Shown piece by piece: positions 9,037-18,278 of a stretch of DNA of 64,000 nt. How positions within the stretch are numbered: position 1 is the stretch's first letter; the number at the start of each line of letters is the position of its first letter. A program made the position numbers and the translations under genes. The notes below the pieces were generated by a model. That model saw only the letters and a program-made list of their open reading frames with translations. It was not told the origin of the DNA and searched no databases. This stretch comes from an uncultured Desulfospira sp. (GTDB lineage: Bacteria > Desulfobacterota > Desulfobacteria > Desulfobacterales > Desulfobacteraceae): NCBI GenBank assembly GCA_963663165.1, contig OY760175.1:5472001-5536000 (forward strand), in the 5' to 3' direction.

Positions 9037-10266
9037 TTATTCTTTATCCATTCGTTTGAGCCGTAATGTCTCAAGAAGCGTTTTTATATCAAGTATCTCC
9101 ATTATTTTTTCATTTTCCCTGTCTGCCTGCTCCGCAGATATCATTTTCACCTTGTTTTTCTTACCTTTTTGAATAAAAACCGAATGGGGCTGACCAGTAA
9201 CTGCCAAAAGTTTGCTTTTTAGCTCATTCAATTTAAACGGCTGCAGTCTTGCTTCTTTACCCTTGTCTCCATAAGCGGTCCAGAACGCTTCATCTTCCAG
9301 ATCTTCCTTCATGTATGGAATTATCAACCAGAACTGTCCGTATACACCGGTGGCTCTTTCCAAATTATATAATCGGGCGTCCTCATCCTTTTGTCCAAAT
9401 TGTCCTGTTTTAGCATCCAGAATAATCAATGTTCCAAAGTCAGTCACAAGGACTATGTCCCATTCGGCAATTTCGACTCCCCGGCCGTCCTTAACCCGAA
9501 CATTTGCCCAGGCTTCATTTACATGATGTGCTTCAGGGTTTTCTGCCAGTATCTTTACCACCTCAAACTGTACGACCCGCTCAAAATAGTCAGCAAATCC
9601 TTTTGGATATTTTTCAAGCAATGACGGTTTTTCGCCTTCATGGGTTAGACTCCATTCGATCAGTTTTTTTCTGCAGTTTTGATCCCAAAATTCGTTTACA
9701 TCAGCATACTCAGGAATTTCATGAGAAGGCTGCATCTGTGTAGTTCGTTTCCACAACAGGCAAGGGGTATTATTTTTTTGCTGATCTAAAGCGAATATTT
9801 TTAAGATCATCTCAATATTAACTGCCGTATTAAGGGAGACAGCCCGGCTCAACAAATTTGCTCCGTCACTTGTTATTTTAAAAATTTTTCTACTTTGGGG
9901 ATCTGCATAACAGGCCCAATCAGCCAATCCGCATCCTAACCTTTCATGAAATACCCTGAAAGAAGCCAACTGCTGCATTTTCTGACCACCTCCAATATTC
10001 CAGCAAACTGGACGGTCTGAATCAACAGCCCCCTTGATTTGCGGAAGCATTTCCTCCAGTTCTGTTCCCTCACCTATAGGGCAGACCAATACTTTTTTCC
10101 CCTGATCTTCCACAACCGTACGAATACCTTTCGACCATTCCTCCTTGGCTGCGAAGTTTGTCTCCAATAAAATCAGAAGGTCCATATCAAACTGTAAAAA
10201 CGGCAAAATATTAACTGTATTCTGCCTGGTGGAAATGCACACCATTGCTTTGGGTTCTTGTTCCAT
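9037..10266 (-). CDS. CARF + PD-(D/E)xK nuclease effector (Card1/Can2-like)
   Basis: N-terminal Rossmann-like CARF (CISTRQNTVNILP...WNIGGGQKM); C-terminal FE...EWDIVL...LIILDAKTG restriction-endonuclease motif; lies between cas6 and cas10. Confidence 0.8.
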   Translation of the reverse strand: MEQEPKAMVCISTRQNTVNILPFLQFDMDLLILLETNFAAKEEWSKGIRTVVEDQGKKVLVCPIGEGTELEEMLPQIKGAVDSDRPVCWNIGGGQKMQQLASFRVFHERLGCGLADWACYADPQSRKIFKITSDGANLLSRAVSLNTAVNIEMILKIFALDQQKNNTPCLLWKRTTQMQPSHEIPEYADVNEFWDQNCRKKLIEWSLTHEGEKPSLLEKYPKGFADYFERVVQFEVVKILAENPEAHHVNEAWANVRVKDGRGVEIAEWDIVLVTDFGTLIILDAKTGQFGQKDEDARLYNLERATGVYGQFWLIIPYMKEDLEDEAFWTAYGDKGKEARLQPFKLNELKSKLLAVTGQPHSVFIQKGKKNKVKMISAEQADRENEKIMEILDIKTLLETLRLKRMDKE

Positions 10267-10377
10267 TCATCAGCCCCTATTGTTTCCCTTATTTCATGGG
10301 TTGTTTATACTCAAATATGTAAACCAACTCAGATAGTTTACCCTATAAAATCTATTTAACTTTTTGTTTTCATAGGT

Positions 10378-11313
10378 TTATATTGTCTCATCCACCTCAA
10401 TCATCCCTAGCCCGAAAAACGTATTCTTCCCCGCGTGGACGATCCGGGCCATGTCAAGAAAGGGCATGAAGGGGCCAAGGTTTCCCTGGTAGGAGATCCG
10501 GCCCACCAGGCCGCCCATGGCCATTTTTTTGTCCTGGCGGGCGGAGTAGCGCTGCCAGTCGAACCAGGACAGGCTATTGTCCGTTACCTTGATCTCGCCG
10601 GCTTTTCTGACCAGCTCCGGGTAATCCAGATCGGGCTCTCCATTGCCATAGGTGTTGAACAGGGCCGTACACCGCCGGACCAGGGAGCGAATCAGCAGGT
10701 CAAAGGGCAGGTCGGGGGGATTTGTGGGGTTCCCGTTTACCCTGAAAGGGGTTTTGATGTTAAGGGTGATCCGGTCCGTGTCCCGGTCCGGACAGCCGGA
10801 AAGGGTGAATTCCGGCAGGCAGGACGGCAGGGTGACGCGGCCGTCCTGTCTCGTGTAGACCGGCTCTCCTTCATGGGTGACGGATTCAAGAGTGAAACCG
10901 GCCCGCCGGCCCTGAACCTTTTTGCCCAGGCCGATCTTGCCCATCTGGTCAAAGGCGTAAATAAAATAGGGCAGGTTTTGGTTAAGGGCTCCGAAAAGAA
11001 CCAGGCCGCAGTTAAGAAATTCTCCGGATGCGAAATCGGTTTTCAGGGTTAAGGGCGGCTCTAAGACCATGGGGCAGGGTGGTGCCGATATCCGGCTGTT
11101 TTCAGGGGCCGGCAGGGCATGGGCGGTTTCAAAGACCAGGGCGTAGGTACAGCTGGACCTTAAAATGCACGAGGGGCACGCCTGGTTTTTAAGGGCGCAG
11201 ACGGTTCTCTTGAGTGCATGGCCGAAAAGGCCTCTGAAGGTGGAGCCTTTGTACCGGGGAAGGGACGCATCCCGGTTGAGCTTGATCTGAAAAGTGTAGT
11301 TTCCGTATTCCAT
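10378..11313 (-). CDS. cas6: CRISPR pre-crRNA processing endoribonuclease Cas6
   Basis: GSTFRGLFGHALK, C..C....C.Y, DWQRYS.RQ and G-rich loop HAGKNTFFGLG. Confidence 0.92.
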   Translation of the reverse strand: MEYGNYTFQIKLNRDASLPRYKGSTFRGLFGHALKRTVCALKNQACPSCILRSSCTYALVFETAHALPAPENSRISAPPCPMVLEPPLTLKTDFASGEFLNCGLVLFGALNQNLPYFIYAFDQMGKIGLGKKVQGRRAGFTLESVTHEGEPVYTRQDGRVTLPSCLPEFTLSGCPDRDTDRITLNIKTPFRVNGNPTNPPDLPFDLLIRSLVRRCTALFNTYGNGEPDLDYPELVRKAGEIKVTDNSLSWFDWQRYSARQDKKMAMGGLVGRISYQGNLGPFMPFLDMARIVHAGKNTFFGLGMIEVDETI

Positions 11314-11600
11314 AAGATAAGGTTCCCGTTCAAAAAGGGTTGTTGTCTCTTTTTTACTTATACGGAGTTCGACAGATTGGTTTTAAAAAAAAATTACAAT
11401 CCGGCTTGTACAAAACAAAACTGCTTGAAGCTGATAGGAAATTAAGAACAATTTTGTTTGTTCTGCTTAATCATCTTTTGCTTGGCGTGTCAACAATTTA
11501 TGGAAGCTTCGTAGCATACTTTTGCTATGTGAGAAGGCCTTAAATGAGCGAAGATGGGGCACTGCTGAACAGTTACAATCCGTTTTGATCAGCGTCAGGG

Positions 11601-12071
11601 TTACATATCCGGAACGGTTTTGGTCAGGCAGATCAGGTTGGTGAATGACCAGTTCTGGTCCTGGTAGAATTTAAGGGCAGGGGGGTTGTCTTTATCGGCC
11701 AGAAGCCAGATATGGAAAATTCCTTTTGCCCGGCACCAGGCATAGGCCCCCTGGATCAGCGCTTTGCCTATGCCGTTGCCCCGGCAGGATTCGTCCACCA
11801 CCAGGTCTTCGAGGATGGCACATTGCTTTGCCTTTGCCGTGGAAATCCGGGTCTGGACCGAACACATTCCTTTGACCTGGCCGTTGAGGCAGGCCACCTG
11901 GATGGTCCGGTTGCCGCTGTTTTGTTCAAGCATCATGGCCAGCCCTTTATGCTGGACGTTGGCGTCAAACACAAAATCCTTTTCAATGGAAAACAGCTGT
12001 CTGAGCAAATCGACCAGACAGGGAATATCAGCGGGGACGGCGGATCTTATCTCTATAGCGGCTGGGTTCAT
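11601..12071 (-). CDS. GNAT-family N-acetyltransferase
   Basis: LVVDESCRGNGIGKALI acetyl-CoA motif; N..A..FY. Confidence 0.9.
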   Translation of the reverse strand: MNPAAIEIRSAVPADIPCLVDLLRQLFSIEKDFVFDANVQHKGLAMMLEQNSGNRTIQVACLNGQVKGMCSVQTRISTAKAKQCAILEDLVVDESCRGNGIGKALIQGAYAWCRAKGIFHIWLLADKDNPPALKFYQDQNWSFTNLICLTKTVPDM

Positions 12072-12113
12072 GGGGGGCCTCAACTTGTCAAAAAATGGTT
12101 CAATTCGGTTTAA

Positions 12114-12938
12114 TCAATCCAGGATGCCGTTAAGGATTTCAAACCGGTCAAAGGGGGGCATGACACAGGCCCCGGCAAAGTACTTTCTGGCAAGGGTCAG
12201 CATCTCTTTGGCCTGGGCCGTCCCGGCTGAAAGGGGGTCTTTGGCCTGGGCCATGGTGGCGCGAAGGGCATCAGGCACGGCAATTCCGGCCACCTTGTTG
12301 TGGAGAAATTCAGCATGGCGGGGCGACACAAGGGGCAGGATTCCCATGATCACGGGCAGGTTTAAAAACGCTGCGGCATCATGAATCTTTAAGGCCGTCT
12401 GTTCATCATACACCGGCTGGGTGACGATGAATTGGGCCCCGGCTTCGGCCTTTCGTTGCAAACGCTTTATTTCATTGGCCAGCCCGTCGATTTCAGGCCG
12501 ATAGTCCAGTACGGCCCCGGTGGAAAGACCGGCCTGTCTGGCCATGGTGATCAGTTCAAAGACATTGGCATCCAGCACCGTAACGGCCGGGTGATCGGAT
12601 TTTCGGGCAGACGGGTCTCCGGTAAGACAGATTACCGTGTCAATGCCAAGGGCTCTGGCCCCGTAAATCTCGCTTTGAAGGCCAAGGCGGTTATGGTCCC
12701 GGACGGTCAGGTGGAGGATGGCCGGTTTTCCGGTGGCTTCCCGGACCAGGCGGCAAAATGCCATGGCCGACATCCTGGGTTTGGCCACGGGATTGGAGGC
12801 AATGCTGAACCCATGAAAATCAAGGCCGGACACCGCGTTCATCTTTTCCAGAAGCCCTGACGGATCATGGTCTGCCGGCGGCACCGCCTCAATGGTTATG
12901 GTGAAATTATTTTTATCATCAAAGGGAAAAGGCATCAT
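12114..12938 (-). CDS. metF: Methylenetetrahydrofolate reductase-family flavoprotein
   Basis: HLTVRDHN, LTGDP, KAEAGAQFIVTQPVYD motifs. Confidence 0.8.
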   Translation of the reverse strand: MMPFPFDDKNNFTITIEAVPPADHDPSGLLEKMNAVSGLDFHGFSIASNPVAKPRMSAMAFCRLVREATGKPAILHLTVRDHNRLGLQSEIYGARALGIDTVICLTGDPSARKSDHPAVTVLDANVFELITMARQAGLSTGAVLDYRPEIDGLANEIKRLQRKAEAGAQFIVTQPVYDEQTALKIHDAAAFLNLPVIMGILPLVSPRHAEFLHNKVAGIAVPDALRATMAQAKDPLSAGTAQAKEMLTLARKYFAGACVMPPFDRFEILNGILD

Positions 12939-12953
12939 TAACCTCCTGTTGTT

Positions 12954-13054
12954 TAGACGGTAGATTTTAGACTGTAGACTATAGACTTCAGACTTCAGAC
13001 TTCAGAAAAACGGCCGCAGAGCCGCCCCAAATCCCATATCCCAAGTCTCAAATT
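12954..13054. repeat. Heptamer tandem repeats: (T/C)AGACTN x~7, then ATCCCAT-ATCCCAA-GTCTCAA
   Basis: Read directly: tagacgg tagattt tagactg tagacta tagactt cagactt cagactt. Confidence 0.85.
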
Positions 13055-13762
13055 CTACATCCCCAGATACGCCTTTTTAACGGCCTCGTCAGCCAGAAGG
13101 GCGGCCCCGGAATCGGTCATGGTAATTTTTCCGGTTTCCATGACATAGCCCCGGTCCGCCACCTTAAGGGCCAGGTTGGCGTTTTGTTCCACCAGAAAGA
13201 TGGTGACCTTGTCCTCTTTATTGATTTTCCGAATGATATCAAAAATCTGCTGGACAATGATAGGGGCAAGCCCGAGAGAGGGTTCGTCTAAGAGCAGCAG
13301 TTTGGGGCGGCTCATGATGGCCCGGGAAATGGCCAGCATCTGCTGTTCCCCGCCGCTCAAGGTGCCGCCCTGCTGGCTGCGCCGTTCCGCCAGGATGGGA
13401 AACAGGTCAAACACGTGGTCCAGGTCGGATTTGATCCGGGCCTTGTCCTTTCGCAGAAAGGTGCCCATGTCCAGGTTTTCCATGACCGTGAGATAGGGGA
13501 AGATCCGTCGGCCTTCGGGGACCTGGCTGATGCCCAAAGCCGCAATTTTATTGGGGGGCAGGCCCGTGATATCCCGGCCCTGGAATTCAACTTTTCCCGA
13601 TGTGGGCGGCACAATGCCGCAGATGGTCATGAGGGTGGTGGATTTCCCGGCGCCGTTGGCCCCGATCAGGGTGATAATTTCCCCTTCCTGCACATGGATG
13701 TCGATCTGTTTTAAGGCCTGGATATTCCCGTAAAAGGTCTGAATGTTCGTAAGCTTAAGCAT
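13055..13762 (-). CDS. livF: Branched-chain amino acid ABC transporter ATPase
   Basis: GANGAGKST, QVPEGRRIF, LSGGEQQMLA, LLDEPSLGLAP. Confidence 0.95.
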   Translation of the reverse strand: MLKLTNIQTFYGNIQALKQIDIHVQEGEIITLIGANGAGKSTTLMTICGIVPPTSGKVEFQGRDITGLPPNKIAALGISQVPEGRRIFPYLTVMENLDMGTFLRKDKARIKSDLDHVFDLFPILAERRSQQGGTLSGGEQQMLAISRAIMSRPKLLLLDEPSLGLAPIIVQQIFDIIRKINKEDKVTIFLVEQNANLALKVADRGYVMETGKITMTDSGAALLADEAVKKAYLGM

Positions 13763-14561
13763 CAATCTCTTCTCCCAGGTAAGCTTTGATGACCACCGGA
13801 TTGTTCCGGATGTCCTCGGGGCGGCCTTCTCCGATTTTTTTCCCGTAGTCCACCACAAAAATATTTTCAGACAGGCTCATGACCAGTTTCATGTCATGTT
13901 CGATTAAGAGGATGCTGATGCCTTCCTCGTTCCGGATTTTTAAGATCAGCTCATCGAGCTGCTGGGTTTCTTTGGGGTTCATGCCGGCGGCTGGTTCATC
14001 TAAAAGAAGCAAAAACGGGTCTGTGGCCAGGGCCCTGGCGATTTCAAGACGCCGCTGGGCCCCGTAGGGAAGGTTGAGGGCCAGTTCATCCACATATTGC
14101 TCAAGGCCGATTTTTTCCAGGATCTCGTAGCTTTTATCCACGATGAACTGTTCTTCTTTTCTGGTCCGGCTTCCCCTGAAAAGGGCGCCGAGAATGCCTT
14201 CCCGGGTTACCGGGTGGCAGCCGATCATGACATTTTCCAGCACGGTCATGGACGAGAACAGCCGGATGTTCTGAAAGGTTCTGGCAAGCCCTTTCCGGGT
14301 GACCAGGTTGGGTTTTAACCCGTTGATCCGCTGGACTGAGCCATCGGTGCCGTCGGGCCGGATCACCACGTCTCCTCTGGTGGGGGTGTAAATGCCGGTA
14401 ATGCAGTTGAAAAAGGTGGTTTTGCCGGCACCGTTGGGGCCGATGAGGGCCGCGATTTCCCCTTTGTTGATGGAAAGGTTCAGCTTGTCAATGGCCTTTA
14501 GCCCGCCAAAGCTCATGGTCAGGTTGCTGACTTCTAAAATCGGTTTTATGGGGTTAGTCAT
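13755..14561 (-). CDS. livG: Branched-chain amino acid ABC transporter ATPase
   Basis: GPNGAGKTT, ARTFQNIRLF, LPYGAQRRLEIARALA, IEHDM. Confidence 0.95.
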   Translation of the reverse strand: MTNPIKPILEVSNLTMSFGGLKAIDKLNLSINKGEIAALIGPNGAGKTTFFNCITGIYTPTRGDVVIRPDGTDGSVQRINGLKPNLVTRKGLARTFQNIRLFSSMTVLENVMIGCHPVTREGILGALFRGSRTRKEEQFIVDKSYEILEKIGLEQYVDELALNLPYGAQRRLEIARALATDPFLLLLDEPAAGMNPKETQQLDELILKIRNEEGISILLIEHDMKLVMSLSENIFVVDYGKKIGEGRPEDIRNNPVVIKAYLGEEIDA

Positions 14562-15756
14562 GATTTGCTTTAAATTTATAGGTTTTTCGTACGTTTTCGA
14601 TCATGCCGCCGGGTTTGAACACCATCATCAGGACCAGAATGACCCCGAAACAGATCATTCGGTATTCGGAAACCGCCCTTAAGTACTCGGGCAGCAGGAT
14701 CAGCAAAAAGGCCCCGGAAATCACGCCGGCAATGGAGCCCATGCCGCCCAAGACCACGGTGCACAGGATGATCACCGATTCCCAGATGGTGAAGCTGGCC
14801 GGGTTGACAAAGGCGGTTTTGGCCGCAAACACCACCCCGCCCATACCGGCCCAGGTGGCCCCTAAGGCAAAGGCCCGCAGCTTGGTTTTGGCCTTGTCAA
14901 TGCCCATGGCCTGGCAGGCGATTTCATCATCTTTCAAGGCGATCCAGGCCCGGCCGATCCGGGAGTTTTCCAGGCGGTTGATAAAAAAGATGGTAAAGAT
15001 GACCAGGCAGACAATAATGTAAAAAAGGTAGACCGTGCTCTGTTCAAGAGACAGGTCAAGGCCGAAAAATCCGGGCTTGGGGATATTGGGAATCCCGGAA
15101 GGCCCCTTGGAAAAATCGTTCCAGTTTTCAAGGACCAGCCGGATGATCTCCCCGAACCCCAGGGTGACAATGGCCAGGTAATCGCCCCGGAGGCGGAGGA
15201 CGGGGTACCCCAGGATAATGCCGAAAATGGCGGACAATACCCCGCCAAGGGGCAGGGCGATCCAGAAACTGATGCCGTAATGAAGGTTTAACAGGGCATA
15301 GGAGTAAGCGCCCACGGCAAAAAAGGCCACATATCCCAGGTCAAGGAGCCCGGCAAGGCCGATCACAATATTGAGCCCGAGTCCCAGCATCACATAGATC
15401 AGGGCCGATATCATGATATTGGTCTGGTACATGGAGACCACATGGGGAAAGGCCAGGGCACCAATCCCTAAGAGGATGCAGATGGCGGTCTGCCGCTTTT
15501 TATCAGCAAAAATTTGCTGGACCCACCCCAGTTCGGTTGATTTTGTCTTTTGGGCGTTCAGCTCTTTTTTCTTAAGAAAATACCGCCAGAAAAAGGAGAG
15601 GACGAAAAATCCAAGGCCGATATAGAGCATGTTCCAGAACCGCCACTCAATGGTTTTGGTAACGGTGTTGACCCGGATCACCATGATGGGAAAGGTCAGC
15701 AGGATAAACCAGAGGCCGGTCAGGGTCGATTTCTTGATTTCTTTGGTAATGTTCAT
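14554..15756 (-). CDS. livM: Branched-chain amino acid ABC transporter permease
   Basis: GLAGLLDLGYVAF, LRLRGDYLAIVTLGFGEI. Confidence 0.95.
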   Translation of the reverse strand: MNITKEIKKSTLTGLWFILLTFPIMVIRVNTVTKTIEWRFWNMLYIGLGFFVLSFFWRYFLKKKELNAQKTKSTELGWVQQIFADKKRQTAICILLGIGALAFPHVVSMYQTNIMISALIYVMLGLGLNIVIGLAGLLDLGYVAFFAVGAYSYALLNLHYGISFWIALPLGGVLSAIFGIILGYPVLRLRGDYLAIVTLGFGEIIRLVLENWNDFSKGPSGIPNIPKPGFFGLDLSLEQSTVYLFYIIVCLVIFTIFFINRLENSRIGRAWIALKDDEIACQAMGIDKAKTKLRAFALGATWAGMGGVVFAAKTAFVNPASFTIWESVIILCTVVLGGMGSIAGVISGAFLLILLPEYLRAVSEYRMICFGVILVLMMVFKPGGMIENVRKTYKFKANHD

Positions 15757-15780
15757 AGTCAATTTCTTTTTACGGTCATT

Positions 15781-16689
15781 TTAAACTTTTTGGGTTTCAG
15801 ACCGGCCCAGAATGCCCGAGGGCCTGAAAATCAGGATCAGGACCAGGAATAAAAAGGCAAACACGTCTTCATAGTCACTGGAGATGTACCCGGTAAAAAA
15901 GCTTTCCGTCCACCCCAGGACCAGAGATCCCAACACGGCACCGGGGATGCTGCCGATGCCGCCCAGGACGGCGGCCACAAAGGCCTTGATCCCGGCAATG
16001 AAGCCCATGTAAAAGTTGATCTGCCCGATGTGGGAGGCGATCAGAAGCCCGCCTATGGCAGCCGTGGCCGATCCCACAATAAAGGTGATGGAGATGATCT
16101 TGTCCACGTCGATCCCTAAAAGCGAGGCCATGGTCTGGTCCTGGGAAGTGGCCCGCATGGCCTTGCCCACGGTGGTGAATTTGATCAGAATGGTCAACAG
16201 GATCATGACCGCCACCGTGGTGATCAAAATCACCAGCTCCGGTGAGGTGATGATATGGGAATAGGGTTCCCAGAATTCAAAATCCGGTATCAGGCTGGGA
16301 AAGGGAAGAAAGTCCGAGGTCTGGGCCAGCAGGACATAATTTTGAAGAAACAGGGACATGCCGATGGCACTGATCAGGGCGGAGAGCCGTGGCGCGGTCC
16401 GCAAGGGCTTGTAGGCGATTTTTTCCATGGTGTAGCCGTAGCCGCATGAATAGAGGACGGCGGCGCAGGCCGCAACAATGACCACGGCAAGGGCTGGGAA
16501 CCCCATCATGGTCAATACGCTGGAAACGATCAGGCCGGTAAAGGCGCCGATCATGTAAATTTCACCATGGGCAAAGTTGATCAGCTGGATAATCCCGTAT
16601 ACCATGGTGTAGCCCAGTGCAATGAGCGCGTAAATGCTGCCTCGGGTCAGTCCACCGAGAAAAAGTTCCAGAAAAAAGTCTAACTCCAT
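15781..16689 (-). CDS. livH: Branched-chain amino acid ABC transporter permease
   Basis: GSIYALIALGYTMVYGIIQLINFAHGE; AAVLGGIGS. Confidence 0.95.
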   Translation of the reverse strand: MELDFFLELFLGGLTRGSIYALIALGYTMVYGIIQLINFAHGEIYMIGAFTGLIVSSVLTMMGFPALAVVIVAACAAVLYSCGYGYTMEKIAYKPLRTAPRLSALISAIGMSLFLQNYVLLAQTSDFLPFPSLIPDFEFWEPYSHIITSPELVILITTVAVMILLTILIKFTTVGKAMRATSQDQTMASLLGIDVDKIISITFIVGSATAAIGGLLIASHIGQINFYMGFIAGIKAFVAAVLGGIGSIPGAVLGSLVLGWTESFFTGYISSDYEDVFAFLFLVLILIFRPSGILGRSETQKV

Positions 16690-16711
16690 AAATACCTTTT
16701 TTTATATGGGC

Positions 16712-16786
16712 TATTAGCCGTTAGCTGTGGGGAATGTTGGCCGTCAGCCAACAGCTAATAGCTAAAGGCTAATAGCTAAAAGCTAA
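16712..16786. repeat. Inverted heptamer arrays (TTAGC-- / --GCTAA)
   Basis: ttagccg ttagctg ... cagccaa cagctaa tagctaa aggctaa tagctaa aagctaa. Confidence 0.8.
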
Positions 16787-16825
16787 ATAAAAAGGGCAGG
16801 TCATAGTTCCCTGCCCTTTTTATTT
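16785..16825 (-). terminator. Intrinsic terminator or stabilising hairpin after livK
   Basis: AAATAAAAAGGGCAGG-n9-CCTGCCCTTTTTATTT inverted repeat. Confidence 0.85.
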
Positions 16826-16852
16826 GGTTTATTGCGCATTGAATTAATCGGC

Positions 16853-17968
16853 TTATTTTTGCTCTACAAACTGGCCGCCGTCGACCCTGTAAACTGTGAA
16901 ACCAATACCCGTGGCATCTCCGTTTTCATCAAATCTGATTTTTCCAAGGGGGGTATCCACATATTCGGTTTTCAGTGTCTTTACAATGGCGTCATAGTCG
17001 GTTGACCCGGCTTTTTCAATGGCATTGAGCAGGGCAAGGGTGGCCGCATAGGCGGCGTCAAAAAAGGCACCGGGATCAGATCCGTATTTTTTCTGATGCT
17101 CTTCTTTTGCCAGCTTGGCCAGGGGATTGCTGGAAATATCCATGGGTCCGGTGGCATAAACGCCTTCGGCATATTCTCCGGCAACTTTTATAAAGGTGTC
17201 GTCTTTGACGCCGTCAGCCCCCATGAACAGGGTATCCATTTTCTTTTTTCTCATCAGGGTCACAATCTTTGAGGCTTCGGGATGGTATCCGCCCCAGACC
17301 ACCAGTTCCGGTTTTTTGCGCTTTACTTTGGTCACAATGGCGGAATAGTCGACCGCCCCCGGGGTTACCCCTTCGAACAGGACAATCTCGACGCCCGCTT
17401 CTTTAAAATATTTTTCAGCCAGTTCTGCCTGGCCCTTGCCATAGTCCCCTTTGTCGTGGAGAATGGCTACTTTTTTGACTTTCAGGACTTCGGTGGCGAA
17501 TTTGACCTGGAGCTGGGCCTGTTTGGCGTCATGGGGAATGGTCCTGAAAAAGTTGGGATAATCACCGGACAGGGTCAGGTCCGGATTGGTTGCGGAAGGG
17601 GACATGGCCACGATTTTAGCCTCTTTGTAGAACCCCATGGCCGCTTTGGTGGCGCCGGAGCAGATATGGCCCATGACCACGTTAGCGCCTTCTGAAACCA
17701 GTTTGGTGGCGGTGTTACCGGCCACTTCAGGCTTGCATACGTCATCTTCCACCAAGAGCTCAACCTGTTTGCCGAGAACCCCGCCGGCGGCATTGATTTT
17801 TTCAACCACCAGTTCGGCAGCTTTGACCGAGGGCAGGCCGTAGGAGGCAAGGTCACCGCTGTGGGCACCGGCCACCCCTAATTTAATGGTATCGGCCGCA
17901 AACACCGGCACGGACAAAACCGCCATGGATACGAGTGTAAGAATGAATCCTTTTAACAGCCCTTTCAT
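16853..17968 (-). CDS. livK: Branched-chain amino acid ABC transporter periplasmic binding protein
   Basis: Signal peptide; EDDVCKP, GHICSGAT, HDKGDYGKG; heads the liv operon. Confidence 0.93.
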   Translation of the reverse strand: MKGLLKGFILTLVSMAVLSVPVFAADTIKLGVAGAHSGDLASYGLPSVKAAELVVEKINAAGGVLGKQVELLVEDDVCKPEVAGNTATKLVSEGANVVMGHICSGATKAAMGFYKEAKIVAMSPSATNPDLTLSGDYPNFFRTIPHDAKQAQLQVKFATEVLKVKKVAILHDKGDYGKGQAELAEKYFKEAGVEIVLFEGVTPGAVDYSAIVTKVKRKKPELVVWGGYHPEASKIVTLMRKKKMDTLFMGADGVKDDTFIKVAGEYAEGVYATGPMDISSNPLAKLAKEEHQKKYGSDPGAFFDAAYAATLALLNAIEKAGSTDYDAIVKTLKTEYVDTPLGKIRFDENGDATGIGFTVYRVDGGQFVEQK

Positions 17969-18278
17969 ACATTTTCCTCCCTTTTTAAAGATTCAATTGG
18001 TCCTGCAATAATAATGATGACTTAAGAAATTAAATCATAAACGGGTAAAAATATAGGAATAAGCAGGCCGGGAGTCAAGAAAAAAAGGATTCTCAGGTGT
18101 ATTCATTTCTTGACAAAAGGGGCGTTCCTATCTTAATTTGTCTTAAATCATTCTGATAACTCATTTAACGTTTCTAACCTGACATTTTTTTAGGCCCTGG
18201 CCATGAGCGCGTTCCCGAATGTCCGTTGCCTCGGGGTGAACTTAACGCAAATCCAACCACTTAAGTTAAGGATGAATC

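Noticed and set aside
11314..11600. Possible CRISPR array or leader upstream of cas6
   Set aside because: AT-rich but with no repeated 25-40 bp unit; only a short TAGCA-N6-TGCTA palindrome (11512-11527), too weak to call
12939..13054. SAM or other riboswitch upstream of the metF-like gene
   Set aside because: The space is filled by heptamer repeats, with no recognisable aptamer core
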